NCBI RefSeq assembly: GCF_902713615.1
Contig: NC_052156.1
Span: forward strand, 40,532,776-40,596,775
DNA: 64,000 nt
Direction of reading: 5' to 3'
Source of the DNA: Scyliorhinus canicula
Lineage: Eukaryota
Position 1 is the first letter of the stretch. Each line of letters starts with the position of its first letter. A model generated the notes under the pieces. That model saw only the letters and a program-made list of their open reading frames with translations, did not search any database and was not told the DNA's origin. This document shows positions 1-12,268 of this stretch, one piece after another. Both the position numbers and the translations under genes were made by a program.

Positions 1-217
1 AAATTTAGAGTACCCAATTCATTTTTTCCAATTAAGGGGCAATTTTGCATGGCCAAGCTACCTGCTCTGCTCATCTTTGGGTTGTGGAGGCGAAACCCAC
101 ACAAACACGGGGAGAATGTGCTAACTCCACACGGACAGTGACCCAGAGCCGGGATCGAACCTGGGACCTCAGTGACGTGAGGCTGCAGGGCTAACCCACT
201 GCGCCACTGTGCTGCCC
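1..217 (-). mobile_element. HE1/V-SINE (tRNA-derived), short-tail type
   Basis: Reverse complement starts GGGCAGCACAGTGGCGCAGTGGG, has a B-box GGTTCGATCC and the core CCAAAGATG..AAATTGCCCCTTAATTGG. Confidence 0.9.
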
Positions 218-1208
218 GTTTGGGAGACTACTTGAAGTTTGGAGAATTCTGTGCTAATTATACAACAGACTTGGGATATAATCATATTGCACTGTGCATT
301 TACAAATGAAAGAAGATGACTCCATAATGAACAGCTGTCATTAAAAATCCAATAAATGTCAGTTCCTAGCATTACATCCATGGGAAAGATCTTTCGAACA
401 TCAAGTTTCCCCATTTACAATTTCTTTGCACAGAGGAAACCCCAATCACAGATCTCAGTCGCAATGTACTTGCTACAAATACAAATGATTGGAAGTTTTA
501 TCACAGTGGATCAATTAAAAAGTCTGACAATCTTGCACTGACTATCAACTTTTTCCATCATAAATTCCTACATCCATATCTGTATTGAAATTGTGAGCGC
601 AAAGTTATCACACTAATACACCATCACCCCAGTTGAGGCACTGCACATCCTAATCCAGTTATTTGCCTATCTCTACTTTAGCTACACATTTGTCCGCATT
701 CCCCATTTGCAACGTCACAGGAGACTGATTAGTAATACATTAAAAGATTAGTATTTGACATGGGGTTATTGTCCACAAAAAGCCACTTCCTCTATCAAAA
801 ACATTTTGGTTAGATTTGTACGTTGAGGGTTTACCCTCACAACCCAAAGATTTGCAAGTTAGATGGATTGGCCACACTAAATTGCCCCTTAACCAAAAAA
901 AAAATAATTAGGTACTCTTTAGAAAAAATATCAAAAAAAAAGATTTTTACGTCATTATTTTTATGACACAAATTAACAATGGGAAAGCCCCTCTTCTGCT
1001 GCCCTATTTCGCGGCTTCTGTAGTTTGACTGTCAACCTATCCACCTCACCCACCTGGTTTCCTTACTTCAGCAGAGCGGTGGCTGCTCCTGAACCTAGTG
1101 CTTGGGCTGATCGGCCCAGTGGCATGCAGGGGGGGGGGGGGGGGGGGGCAACGGTGCATTGGCCCCGGGCATCCATTGGATGGGGGCATCCAATCAGAGA
1201 AGGAAATA

Positions 1209-1447
1209 TATATATATATATATTTTTTTTAAAATTTAGATTACCCAATTATTTTTTTCAATTAAGGGGCAATTGAGCGTGGCCAATCCACCTACTCTGC
1301 ACATTTTTTGGGTTGTGGGGGCGAAACCCACGCAGACACGGGGAGAATGTGCAAACTCCACACGGACAGTGACCCAGAACCGGGATCGAACCTGGGACCT
1401 CAGTTCCGTGAGGCGGTTGTGCTAACCACTAGGCCACCGTGCTGCTC
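1209..1447 (-). mobile_element. HE1/V-SINE inserted in the hAT element
   Basis: SINE consensus flanked by a 14-bp TSD CAGAGAAGGAAATA (1195-1208 and 1448-1461). Confidence 0.92.
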
Positions 1448-2391
1448 CAGAGAAGGAAATAAGATAGTAATTTTAAAATTTCAGCGGTGATAAATCAATT
1501 TTTGGAGGCTCACCACACTGCAGAGGCAGTTGTTAGCCCTTTATTCCTTTAACATGGTGTACCCTTTCTGTCTTGAGAAAATGGTGCTTCTCCCCATCCC
1601 CCCACACGCATGCGCATGATGTACGTGGTGCAACCATCAAAAGCAACAAGCAGACGTGGCTGTTGGTTCCTGCGTTTCCTCGAGTCATAACTCGTCTTTT
1701 CTTCAGCTTTTTGTGCATCTAGATTAGTTCTTTTACCTACTCAGGTCAGTGAATAGCTCTAAAACGGGTGCAACTACATTTTTAATAGGTTTTTTGGTGA
1801 TATTTAATGAAATATTTACGTGGGATGTAGTAAGAGTGAAGCCTGGATGATCAGAGGACTGCTATGGCATTTAATCTCGGAATAGGAGACATTTATTCCT
1901 TAACATGCTAATATTCGAATACAGATACCACTAATTTGCAAGTCTATGATATAAATTGCACAAAATTATCAGTGGAGAATCAGTATGAAATGATTTGATG
2001 CAAAGGAACAAAGAAATGAAATATGGTTTATCCGTCTGCAACTGACCGATTGTTTACCATTTTCTTCCCATTTTCTCATGCGTCTTACGGTTTTTGAGAT
2101 AGAAAATGAAATGTTACGAGTATTTTGTGTACAACCGAGTGGAGCACGGAACAGGAAAAAAAAGAGGGCCAGAGTCGAAGAAGAGTCCCATCAAAGAGGG
2201 GCATTAGATGCATGGATAAAAAGAAGTAAAGAAGAAGTATGAGAACCTGGAGAAGTAAAAGATGATGTGGGTGCAGAGAAGGATTTTTCTGATACGATTC
2301 AGCTCGGTCAGAACATAATACTCTCTCTCCTCAGTCTCGTTGTCAGGATGATGATCCATGTGAAGAAAATAAAGGAGATTTTAGCATATTT

Positions 2392-4635
2392 TTGCAAAGA
2401 AGCGATTTTGGCTGTTTGAAGAAACCGATTCCAGATCATTTGAAGATGACAATATTACAACATGGCCCTGAAAGATATCAGAATAAAAGTGGTCCATTTG
2501 CTGAGAAGGATGGGAGATCATTTTCCAAACAGTGGTTTGATAAAGTTTCCACAAACGGAGAAATTGTGGAGAGAAAATGGTTGTTATACTCTCCATATCG
2601 GAAAGCATGCTACTGTTTTGTTTGCTTTTTGTTTTCAAAGGAGCATTTGTCGTCTGTGTCAAACTTTGGAAAGGAAGACGGTTTCTCCACTTGGAGAAAA
2701 TTAAATCCAACAATACCTGACCATGAGAAAAGCCCTTCTCATAGAGCTCACATGAGGGAATACCTGAACCTCGTAGTTCGACTCCATCATTCAACTACGA
2801 TAGATGCTGAACTTCAACAGCAAATGTCTGCTGAAAAGAAAAGATGGAAAGCTATAACTGAACGGATTGTCGAGGTTATATCCTTTCTGGCAAAACAGAA
2901 TCTGGCCTATTGTGGACATCGAGGAGAAGGAATATCTGGGTTATCAGAGCCAGGGGAGACAGTCAGTGAAAATACAGGAAACTTTCTAGCAACAATCAGA
3001 CTTTTGGCCAAATATGATGACATCTTAGCAAAACACTTGCAGAGAGGGAAAGAGAAACCAAAAAGTGTCACCTACTTGTCCAACAGAATTCAAAACGAAA
3101 TAATCAATCTTCTTGGTGAAACTGTCAGGAAAAATATAATTTCCGAAATTAAGGACGCAAAATATTTTAGCATAATGCTGGATTCAACTCCAGATATTGC
3201 CCATGAAGATCAGGTTTCTGAAATTCTGCGTTACGTTCATATTGATGAAAACAGAAAAGTAGAAATAAAGGAGACATTTCTGGGATTTTTTCAAGTCAAC
3301 AAGAAAGATGCAGTCAGCCTGGTAAATAAAATTCAGGAAAAATTGGAAGTAGACAAAATTTCCATGAATGACTGTCGTGGTCAAGCATATGATAACGCAG
3401 CAGTTATGGCTGGAGTGAGAGGAGGTGTTCAACAAAAAACTCTTGAAGTTAACCCAAAAGCTGTGTTTGTGAACTGCGAGAACCACAGCCTCAATTTGGC
3501 CTGTGTCCATGCAAGTGAGGTGCAACCTGTTGTTACATTTTTTGGCATTCTAGAAAAACTCTTTACTTTTTTTTCTTCATCTACTTCTCGTTGGGAAGTG
3601 TTAAAATCATTTGTCACTCGGACTGTGAAAAGACAGTGTGACACAAGATGGAGTTCCAGCCATGATGCTGTGCAAGTAATCCACGAAGAGTGTGACAACG
3701 TTATTGCAAGCCTTCAACACCTGCTGGAAGGAGAATTTTCAAGGGAAACTAAATCTGATGCAGGATCGCTACTGAACTCTATTCAACAGTTCCCGTTTAT
3801 AGCTTTATTAAATTTTTGGTACTCAGTTTTATCATCAGTGGAGAAAGTCTCAAAATATTTGCAGGATCCGAAAATGGGGTTCCATGAAGCTTCTTGTGAT
3901 CTGAGAGGACTTATTCATATCTTGAATTTGAAGAATGACAAAATTATCCACAATGCAATAGATGTAGCCAATGAATATTGTGAAAATTGGGGAATACCAA
4001 TTGCACGAACAAGGAGAAGAAGAATAATGCCTGGAGAGTCAGCAAGAGATAGTGGACTGACGGCACAAGAAGAAATGAATAGAGTAATGGTAGAGATTGT
4101 GAACAGATTAAAAACTGAAATTGAAGACCGCAGTGTCCGTCTTCAAAGACTCAGTGACCGATTTTCTTTTCTTCTGAACGTGAATTCAGTAGTGATTGAA
4201 GATGAACAAGAAAGAGAGAAATTAAAAAAGGAATGTTCAGACTTTGCAAATTATTATGACAATGATGTGGTTGCAATTCAGTTATATGACGAAATTATTG
4301 ATTTTGTGATGCTCCTTCGAGCTGGAGGGAATAGAGTTCCCCCTGATCCTAAAGATGCTCTGGAGTCTTTATTGCAGTATGGGAGGGATGTCTTTCCGAC
4401 GCTGTGTGTTTCATACAGATTACTGCTTACAATTGCATTTTCAGTCGCAAGCTGTGAAAGGTCATTTTCAAAACTGAAATTAATAAAAACATATCTGAGG
4501 TCTTCTATGTCACAGGAGCGACTGACCAACCTGGCTTTAATAAGCATTGAAAAAGAATTTCTCACAGCTGATGTAAAAAGTGAAGTAGTTCAGGTGTTTT
4601 GTGACAGGAGGTATCATTTGGGGAAAAGAACTTAA
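2392..4635 (+). CDS. hAT transposase (TTF-type Zn finger, DUF4371-like region, DDE core, C-terminal hAT dimerisation domain); true start uncertain
   Basis: 747-codon open frame with RKWLLYS..CYCFVCFLF, GNFLATIRLLA, SNRIQNEII, YFSIMLDSTPD, GQAYDNAAVM, CENHSLNL, TRWSS and SVASCERSFSKLKLIKTYLRSSMSQERLTNLALISIE. The track start is TTG. A likely original N-terminus begins at ATG 2111 in another frame. Confidence 0.92.
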   Translation: MQRSDFGCLKKPIPDHLKMTILQHGPERYQNKSGPFAEKDGRSFSKQWFDKVSTNGEIVERKWLLYSPYRKACYCFVCFLFSKEHLSSVSNFGKEDGFSTWRKLNPTIPDHEKSPSHRAHMREYLNLVVRLHHSTTIDAELQQQMSAEKKRWKAITERIVEVISFLAKQNLAYCGHRGEGISGLSEPGETVSENTGNFLATIRLLAKYDDILAKHLQRGKEKPKSVTYLSNRIQNEIINLLGETVRKNIISEIKDAKYFSIMLDSTPDIAHEDQVSEILRYVHIDENRKVEIKETFLGFFQVNKKDAVSLVNKIQEKLEVDKISMNDCRGQAYDNAAVMAGVRGGVQQKTLEVNPKAVFVNCENHSLNLACVHASEVQPVVTFFGILEKLFTFFSSSTSRWEVLKSFVTRTVKRQCDTRWSSSHDAVQVIHEECDNVIASLQHLLEGEFSRETKSDAGSLLNSIQQFPFIALLNFWYSVLSSVEKVSKYLQDPKMGFHEASCDLRGLIHILNLKNDKIIHNAIDVANEYCENWGIPIARTRRRRIMPGESARDSGLTAQEEMNRVMVEIVNRLKTEIEDRSVRLQRLSDRFSFLLNVNSVVIEDEQEREKLKKECSDFANYYDNDVVAIQLYDEIIDFVMLLRAGGNRVPPDPKDALESLLQYGRDVFPTLCVSYRLLLTIAFSVASCERSFSKLKLIKTYLRSSMSQERLTNLALISIEKEFLTADVKSEVVQVFCDRRYHLGKRT

Positions 4636-5025
4636 TAAATTTGATTGATTTATATTAAAATCGAATAAAGCGTTTAATTCATGTTTCATCTGTGTTTATA
4701 TATTCAAAATGTTTTCCTTTCTCATAATATTTCTCAGTATATTAGGCCTTATACTTGAGTCTTTGGGGCATACAATCAAGATTTGCCCCGGGCATCACCA
4801 GACCTCTGCACGCCACTGGATCGGCCTGACCCATTTTTCACTGCTGGGTTGCTTTTCTGGTCGTTTCCTTCCCCCGTTTCCTGTGCTCATTAATATAGTG
4901 GTTGCACCTTAAACCTTGGGACTCCAACTCCCCACGTTGTTACCTCTAACCCATAACTCTGCAAACTGACTCAAATCCCGACCTAGAAACAAAATTAATT
5001 CCTAACTTGTACTCAATCTCATTTT

Positions 5026-5252
5026 TAAAAATATTAAATTTAGAGTACCAAACAAATTTTTTCCAATTAAGGGGCAATTTTGCATGGCCAATCCACCTAG
5101 CTTGCACATCTTTGGGTTGTGGGGGCGAAACCCACGCAGACACGAGTAGAACGTGCAAACTCCACATGGACAGTGACCCATGGCCAGGATCGAACCTTGG
5201 ACCTTGGCGCTGTGAGGCAGCAATGCTACCCACTGCGCCACCGTGCTGTCCA
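5026..5252 (-). mobile_element. HE1/V-SINE, short-tail type
   Basis: SINE consensus with flanking duplication ACTCAATCTCATTTT. Confidence 0.9.
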
Positions 5253-6224
5253 ACTCAATCTCATTTTACAACATAAATGTATAATCTTTAAAAGTGTTAA
5301 CAAATAACTGCCTTTTTTCAGCTCACATATAACAGTGTGCTTAGTTTTTTCCCCCTCTTAACCTGTTCAAGTGATATAATGAAATCTGTTACAAGGGCAC
5401 CAAATACTTAACTGGGTATTCTATACAAGTACAGAGAATTAAATCTCCAAGCATGTAGGCAAACCGAGGGCTTTTTAAAAAGTGGCTCTTATATATTTTG
5501 AAAACTTATCTTGGTATGTCAATGTGTGTACGATGACATCATGTCTCGGGTATCTGTGCTTAAAGTGATTTTTGAAAATATTTAGTTACATATTTGTAAA
5601 ATAAGAGCCGTAGCAAACTAAAAGCCTTCTTAAAACTTAACTACTGTACACATTAAGCTTGTAGTGTCTTTAACTTATCTGTCAGTCGGTGTGGGCACTG
5701 AAATGAGACTTGCCACAGTAGGGACATTTAAGTGGTCATAGGGATGGTGAAGCAGTAGATCCTTGAATCATCATGAATAATGCTTGAGGAGATCTGTTCG
5801 TCATCAAAACCAAAAACAACACACCCAGATGAAGATGCTGAGACAGGTTTGAGTAACTGTAGAGCTTTAGTGACCCCCCCCCCCATCAGTAAAAACTTCA
5901 TTTGCTGAAGGAACAAGATCACTTAGTGTAGATTTGTGTAGTCCTTAAAAGCAAGAATTCTCCGATAGACCAGGACAGTTTGAAAAAGTGCACCATTATA
6001 GCGTTATGTCTGAAGGTTTTAATTTTGTTTGCTTACTTCCTCAAAGATTTTACAAGATTGGTGATTCTGTTCCAGCACAGGAATATCAATTTTGTGATGT
6101 TCGCTCCCAATTTATCAGTAACATACCCAGAAATCAGCAACACAAACTTGACGCCCCCCCCCCTCCCCCCCAAGAACTGTGAACCACGCGTGTGGCTAAC
6201 TATGCCCACTCTGTGTCTCCTCAG

Positions 6225-7981
6225 GAAAAGCTATCCCATAATCGGCAGGAGGGCCCCCAGACTGGTGGTTGGGTGTTGGATTCGAGAATCCTCACCTCCT
6301 TCGTGGAGCGGTCCCTGGAGGTGACTGGTGTGGCCAAGGACAGGGCGGTCACCAACGTGGAGGCTGGCGGATGCCACAGAGGTGAGGGACCATCAGGCTC
6401 TGCCCGGAGGACCTGTCAAACGTGAGTACTGATTGCCTTATTGACTGACCCATCTCTCCCAATGACCACATGTCCGTTCCCCCGTAGGTCCAACGGCACC
6501 GTCCCATGCCGGGCAGAATCCTCTCCTGACCCCCAGGAGACCACCTTGTAGGAGAGCTCCGTGGATGTAACTGTTATAGTCTCGGCACAGCTGTCAACCC
6601 CACCCTCTAACATCGCAGATACACACACCTTGGTGGGGAATGTTAGTGATCAGGCTTCTGGGGCACAATCTGGTGAGTACCACACTGCTGATGATGCACA
6701 TCAGGTGGAGGCAGGAACCTCCAGACAAGACAGCAGTTGGAGGTCTGTTGGATCCCTGGACCCAGCTGGATGCCAGCTATAATAATAATGATCTTTATTG
6801 TCACAAGTAGGCTTACATTAACACTGCAATTAAATTACTGTGAAAATCCCCAAGTCGCCACATTCCGCCGCCTGTTCGGGTACACTGAGGGAGAATTCAG
6901 AATGTCCAAATTACCTAACAGCACGTCTTTCGGAACTAGTGGGAGGAAACCGGAGCACCCGGAGGAAACTCATGCAGACACGGGGAGAACGTGCAGACTC
7001 CGCACAGTTACCCAAGCTGAGAATCGAACCTGGGATCTTGGAGCTGTGAAGCGGCAGTGCTAACCACTGTGCTACCGTGCTGCCTCAGGTTGATGCTGAA
7101 CCTCGGGAGCAGGGTTACCTGGAGCTGATGGAGACGATAGGGGGCGGCTGGGACATTCAGAGGGAGATGACAGCGTCACTCCGGCAGATCCACTGCCAAT
7201 TGGAGGAGTCTGAGAGGTTACGGGTGCAGGAGATGGCGCCGGCAATGAGTGGCACCGAGGCCAACACTGCTAGGGTGGCGACCACAGTGGGGAGCCTGGT
7301 GCACAACATCATAAGTGAAGGTGCCCAAGGTGTTGCGCAGTCGGTGACGGTCATGGCTGAGGGTCACGGCAGTATGTCCGCCTCACTGGGGATGTACCAG
7401 GCCGATATTGATGAGGTTCTGCGGGACATGTCCCGCTCTCAGATGGGTAAGGCCTAGGCGCTGCAGAGCTTGTCCCAGTCACAGGTGGGCATTGTCGAGG
7501 CGCTGCAGCGCATGTTCCAGTCACTGAGGAACATTGCCGAGGGCGTAGACACAATGGTGCAGACCATGGGGAATCGCCAGGGCTGGCAAAGCCAGATGAT
7601 GCAGGGGCAGCCAGGGCTCGGACCAACAGCCCCTCCATCCCAAGGTGAACCCCAGGGCCTATGGGCACTGACCGGGAGAAGGGGACGCTGATTGCCAACC
7701 TGGACCCGTCCAATGGGGTGGCGACGGTGGCCTCCAGCTCTCCTAAGTTCCACCATTCTGATGGATCAACGCACAGGACTGGGCGGCACAGCTGTGCATG
7801 TGCCGTTGACATGTGAGCCGGGGCCCTACGGTCCCAGGGCCCCCAGGGGACGCCTGGCAGGGGCATCGAAGGCCACAGAACGAGGTAGGCAGCTGGCTGC
7901 CTCCACCTCAGATGTGCATCCTGGGGGGACACTTAGACTTAGTGGTAGAGCTAGGAGGGCCAAGCACATCGAGGATCACTG
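6225..7981 (+). pseudogene. Decayed spliced Harbinger ORF2 (Myb/SANT-like DNA-binding protein), exons downstream of the Myb domain
   Basis: Exon 6225-6381 encodes EKLSHNRQEGPQTGG..RILTSFVERSLEV, the motif that follows the Myb domain in these proteins. It has a branch point GCTAAC, a ctcctcag acceptor and a GTGAGG donor. The next acceptor is at 6487, followed by a coiled-coil-like frame (7077-7457). Stops, frameshifts and a SINE interrupt it. Confidence 0.65.
6780..7086 (-). mobile_element. HE1-headed SINE with alternative (L2-like) tail
   Basis: Normal tRNA head, but the tail is GGAATGTGGCGAC..TTTTCACAGTAA..GCCTACTTGTGACAATAAAG ending in (ATT)n. Confidence 0.8.
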
Positions 7982-8436
7982 AGGGCAATGTGGAGGGGGG
8001 AACTGGGTAGATAGGGGGTGAGAGGTGGGTCGGGGGCTGAGGGGGATGGGGGGGGCTGCACAATCTTTGGAGAGAGGAACAATATTAACGGGTATAATTT
8101 TCTGGTCCTGCCCACCACAGGGGTTGTCGCAGCTGGAACAGTAAATTGGGTGGATCAGCAAAAGGTCCGTTGTCTTCGGACGAAAATTTTCGGTCCTGTG
8201 GCAGGTCAGGTGGGAATGGAAAATCTCAATGAGTGCTTTGGGTTAATGATCTTTCATTAGAAAGAAGCTGTAAGAAGGATGCAAAGAGACTGCAAAGGGA
8301 TGTACTTCAATTTGGTGACTGGATAAGAAGGTGGTAGATATGCTGAATAGTCTCATTCTGTGCTCTACTATTCTATTATTTTATAACATGGAGAAGTGTG
8401 AAATGCTCCACTATGGTTGGAAGAATGGAAAAGCAG

Positions 8437-9155
8437 GGGCGCGATTCTCCGCAAATGCGGAGAGTCGTAAAGGCTGCTGTGAAACCGGCCGTGTTTCACG
8501 GCAGCCTCCGCGCCCCCTCCCGGGACCCGATTCACCCCCCCGGTCGGGGCTAGCATCGTGGCCCCGGGAAGAACGGCAGCGCGGGCTTAGCGAACATTCG
8601 CTAAGCCCGGTCGCCAAGACTCACGGCGGCTGACGCGCACGATGACGTCAGCCGCGCATGCGCGGGTTGGACGGCTCCAACCCGCGCATGCGCAGATGAC
8701 GTCATCGCGCATATGCGTCAAACCCGCGCATGCGCGGTCCGTCATGCCCCTCAGCCGCCCCGCGGAGCGGCGGAGGGACAAAGAGTGCGCGGGAATTGGA
8801 CCCGCTACCCGCGATCGGTGCCCACCAATCGCAGGTCCATGCCACCCTTGGCACGGCCGTGGTGCGGCCATGCCAATCGGTGGCATGGTTGTGCAGAACA
8901 GCACTTTGCGGCCGTTTTCACGAATGGTGAGAGCAGGTGTGTTTAAATTCGTGAAAACGGCCGTAAAGGCCTGGGAACTCGGCCCATCGGATTGGGGGGA
9001 ATCGCTGTTCGCCGTAAAAAAACGGCGAGCAGCGATTCGTGTCATGGGGCGGCCGTGGGGGGGGGGGGGGGGAGAATAGTGGGAGGTCGGGAAAAATGTC
9101 GGGAAGGCCCTCCCGCTATTCTCCGACCCGTCGTGGGGGGCGGAGAATCGCGCCC
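8437..9155. mobile_element. PIF/Harbinger-type MITE (719 bp)
   Basis: Perfect 16-bp TIR GGGCGCGATTCTCCGC / GCGGAGAATCGCGCCC and 3-bp TSD CAG. It interrupts a CR1 relic (KCEMLHYGWKNGKA). Confidence 0.88.
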
Positions 9156-9195
9156 CAGATTTTTTTTTAAAATGTGAGACACTAGAAAATGTTGA

Positions 9196-10165
9196 TGTGA
9201 TAGTGGCACAGTGGATAATGCTACTTCCTCACAGTGCCAGGGACCTGGGTGTGATTCTGGCCTTGGGTGACTGTGTGAAGTTTGCATGTTTTCCCTGTGG
9301 CTTCCTCCCACAGCGCACATAGATGTGCAGGTTAGTTGGGGGTTAGTGTGTTTTTCTTTTGGTTGTTGTTAATACTGGTTTCTTGTTGTTATTTTCTGTT
9401 TTTGATATGTTTTGGAAAATCTCAATAAAAATTATTTTTTAAAAAATAGATGTGCAGGTTAGGTGGATTAGCCATGCTAATTTGCCCCTTTGTGTCCAAG
9501 GATATGCTAGGGTTAGGTGGATTGGCCATGATCAATGCACAGAGTTACGGGAATAAGGCAGGGGTGTGGGCCCAGGTAGGGTGCTCTTTCGGAGCGTCGG
9601 TGCAGACTTGATGGGCCAAATGGTCTCCTTCTGCACTGTAGGGATACTGTGAGTTAAAAAAAAATTTAGAGTACCAAATTTATTTTTTCCAATTAAGGGG
9701 CAATTTAGCGTGGCCAATTCACCTAGCCTGCTCTTCTTTGGGTTGTGGGGGTGAAACCCACGCAAATCCGGGGAGAATGTGTAAACTCCATACGGACAGT
9801 GACCCAGAGCCGGGATCGAACCTGGGACCTCAATGCCGTGAGGCAGCAGTGCTAACCGCTGAAGCACCGTGCTGCCCCGGGATTCTGTGATTCTATAAGG
9901 AATTTGAATATCCTTGTACTCAAACGACAGTAGGTTGACATTTTTTTTAAAATTTAGAGTATCCAATTAATTTTTTGCAATTAAGGGGCAATTTAGCGTG
10001 GCCAATCCACCTACCCTGCACATCTTTTTGGGTTGTGGGGGTGAAACCCACGCAGACACAGGGAGAATGTGCAAACTCCACACGGACAGTGACCCAGGGC
10101 TGTGATTCGAACCCAGGTCCTCGGCGACACAGTCCCAGTGCTAACCACTGTGCCACGTGCCGCCC
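9196..10165. mobile_element. Cluster of three HE1/V-SINEs (+ about 9196-9650, - about 9655-9878, - about 9940-10165)
   Basis: Three matches to the SINE consensus seen elsewhere in the window. Confidence 0.85.
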
Positions 10166-10544
10166 TTACTGTAGGTTAACATGCAGACACAGCAAAGAAT
10201 TAGGAAAGCGGTTAGAGTATAAAAGCAAGATGTTTTGCACAATTATACTGGGCTTTCATGGGCCCATACTTGCAATATTGATCATAGTTTTGGTCCCCTT
10301 ACCCACCTACCTGTTAATATTGTTCCTCTCTCGAAAGATGCTGTGACTTGCTGAACTATCACGTATTGAATTGCAGAGCAGGCGTGAGGGGTTGCCTGGC
10401 CTATTACGGTTCCTGGTTCTTAAGTTGTGACGCGGTCACATTTCATTTAGCAACACAATAGCTACACCATCGCTCCCTCAGCCCGCCACCATCTCAAAAC
10501 AGTCAAATACTCAACGGAGCCAGTGCTAGAGGGAAAGGACAAGA

Positions 10545-10812
10545 CATAGAAAAAGGAGGAAGTAGGCCATTTAGTCCTACGCGCCTGCTCCGCCATTCAA
10601 TATGATCACGGCTGATCCTCTACCTCAACACCATACTCCTGCACTCTCCCCATATCCTTTGACACCTTTAGAGTCTAATCTATCTATTTCCTTCTTGTGT
10701 GTTCAGTGGCTCCACAGCCTTGTGCATCAGAGAATTCCATAGGTTCACCACCCTCTGAGTGAAGAGGTTTCTTCTCATTTCAGCCATAAATGGCCAGCCT
10801 CATATCCTGAGC
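10545..10812 (-). mobile_element. CR1 LINE 3' fragment
   Basis: ACATAGAA tail plus GAATTCCATAGGTTCACCACCCTCTGAGTGAAG (FTQRVVNLWNSL on the minus strand). Confidence 0.75.
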
Positions 10813-11051
10813 AAACTCACAATTTTTTACACTCCTATTATAAGCCTAGTAGAAACTGACTGTAAGCTGTGGCTTTAATGACTCCGTTTCAGCATTATGT
10901 TCCTCCACCTCAGGATAAGAATGTCTACTCTAATGTTGTATCGTTGTAAATATGAGTTAATGGAACATGTTCATAGCTGCAGAATGCTGCTATTAATACA
11001 CCTGTGCTTTTGTAACTTGTTTAAGATGATATTCTTTAGTAGAAAGGATGG

Positions 11052-11360
11052 ATGGCACGGTGGCACAGTGGTTAGCACTGCTGCCTCACAGCGCCAGGAA
11101 CCCGGGTTCGATTCCAACCTTGGGTGACTTGTCTGTGTGGAGTCTGCACGTTCTCCCCGTGCCTGCGTGGGTTTCCTTCGGGTGCGCTGGTTTCCTTCCA
11201 CAGTCCAAAGATGTATAGGTTAGTAGGTTTGGTCATGCTAAATTGCCCTTAGTGTCCAAAGGTTCGGTGGGGGAGTGGGCCTAGATAGGGTGCTCTTTCA
11301 GAGGGTCAGTGCAGGCTCGATGGGCCAAATGCACTCTTTCTGCACTGTAGGGATTCTATG
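11052..11360 (+). mobile_element. HE1/V-SINE, long CR1-like tail
   Basis: GGCACGGTGGCACAGTGGTTAGC head, B-box, tail GATGGGCCAAATG..CTGCACTGTAGGGATTCTATG. Confidence 0.9.
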
Positions 11361-12268
11361 ATGAATGCTCACTGGTCCTTAGCTACAAACTGAAGTGGAT
11401 TACTTTGGAAAAAAAACGCATTGTCTGATTTAGAGCTCAACTCCTCAAATTCCAGCCAATATCTGGAATTTTGGGATCAGTTAATTGGAAAACGTTAAAT
11501 TCTGACAATCCCAGGCTTCCGTTACAAAAACATTGTTCTCTCTCTATGCCAATAAATTTGAGCCTACTGTATGAATATTATAACCCCCACAAATGAAGAA
11601 AGTAATTCAAAAACTAAATATATTAGGCAGAATTTTTGAAAGAGGTCAGGGTCCAGATTGGAAGTTGGTGAGTCTGCAATCTGGTGCCACTGGCCTCAGT
11701 GCCCATTCCCCACTATTTCCTAACTATTTTGGGAGAGGCCAGCGCGGGGTTGGATTGACTGCATGTGGCAGATGGCCAATTACTACGAGTTAAATATAAG
11801 TATTAAGGCCCTGTCCCTACACTGACTGGGATTTCCAGTTGGCAGATTGGCCTGGAACCTATCCAGGTCAATACAATGGGCTCAAGGAAGGAGGGGGTCA
11901 CGGTTGTTCATGTAAGGGACACCCACCCTAACCTCAGTTGTACCCGTAATGGCTACTGGACCATAAATGCAGCGTCTGGCTATTCCCTGAAAATAAAATA
12001 AACGTATGTGCCCTCGTCCCTCACTGTTTACATCCTCACATCAAAATCCCCACCAGTGGGGTTGCCAGGCTCTAAGTGCTGGAAGTCTCCCATCGGCCCT
12101 CCAGTATTGGGAGCTCATCTCCCATTCCTGATTGGACAGCAAGCCTGATCCCTGTTCTTTGATTAGCTGAAGCTTCCAAAATCATGGTGTGTGTCTGAAA
12201 TATGCTGTGCGGGATTGGGACCCAGGACTAACCGCATGTCCAGTTTCTGATAAAAAAATTCAGGCCCT

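Larger units (their letters stand above)
1117..4818 (+). mobile_element. Full-length hAT-superfamily DNA transposon (Tip100/ZMYM1-like transposase type)
   Basis: Left end CAGTGGCATGCAG at 1117; right end reverse complement CAGTGGCGTGCAG ending at 4818 (12/13 match). Perfect 8-bp TSD GATCGGCC at 1109-1116 and 4819-4826. Encloses a hAT transposase ORF. Confidence 0.96.

Noticed and set aside
2392-4635. Domesticated host gene (ZMYM1-like or THAP12-like)
   Set aside because: It is bounded by TIRs and a perfect 8-bp TSD, so it is a transposon copy.
8331-9320. Many overlapping GC-rich ORFs (also at 13.2-14.8, 17.2-18.4, 57.3-57.9 and 61.0-61.7 kb)
   Set aside because: They arise from stop-poor GC-rich MITE sequence and have no protein motifs.
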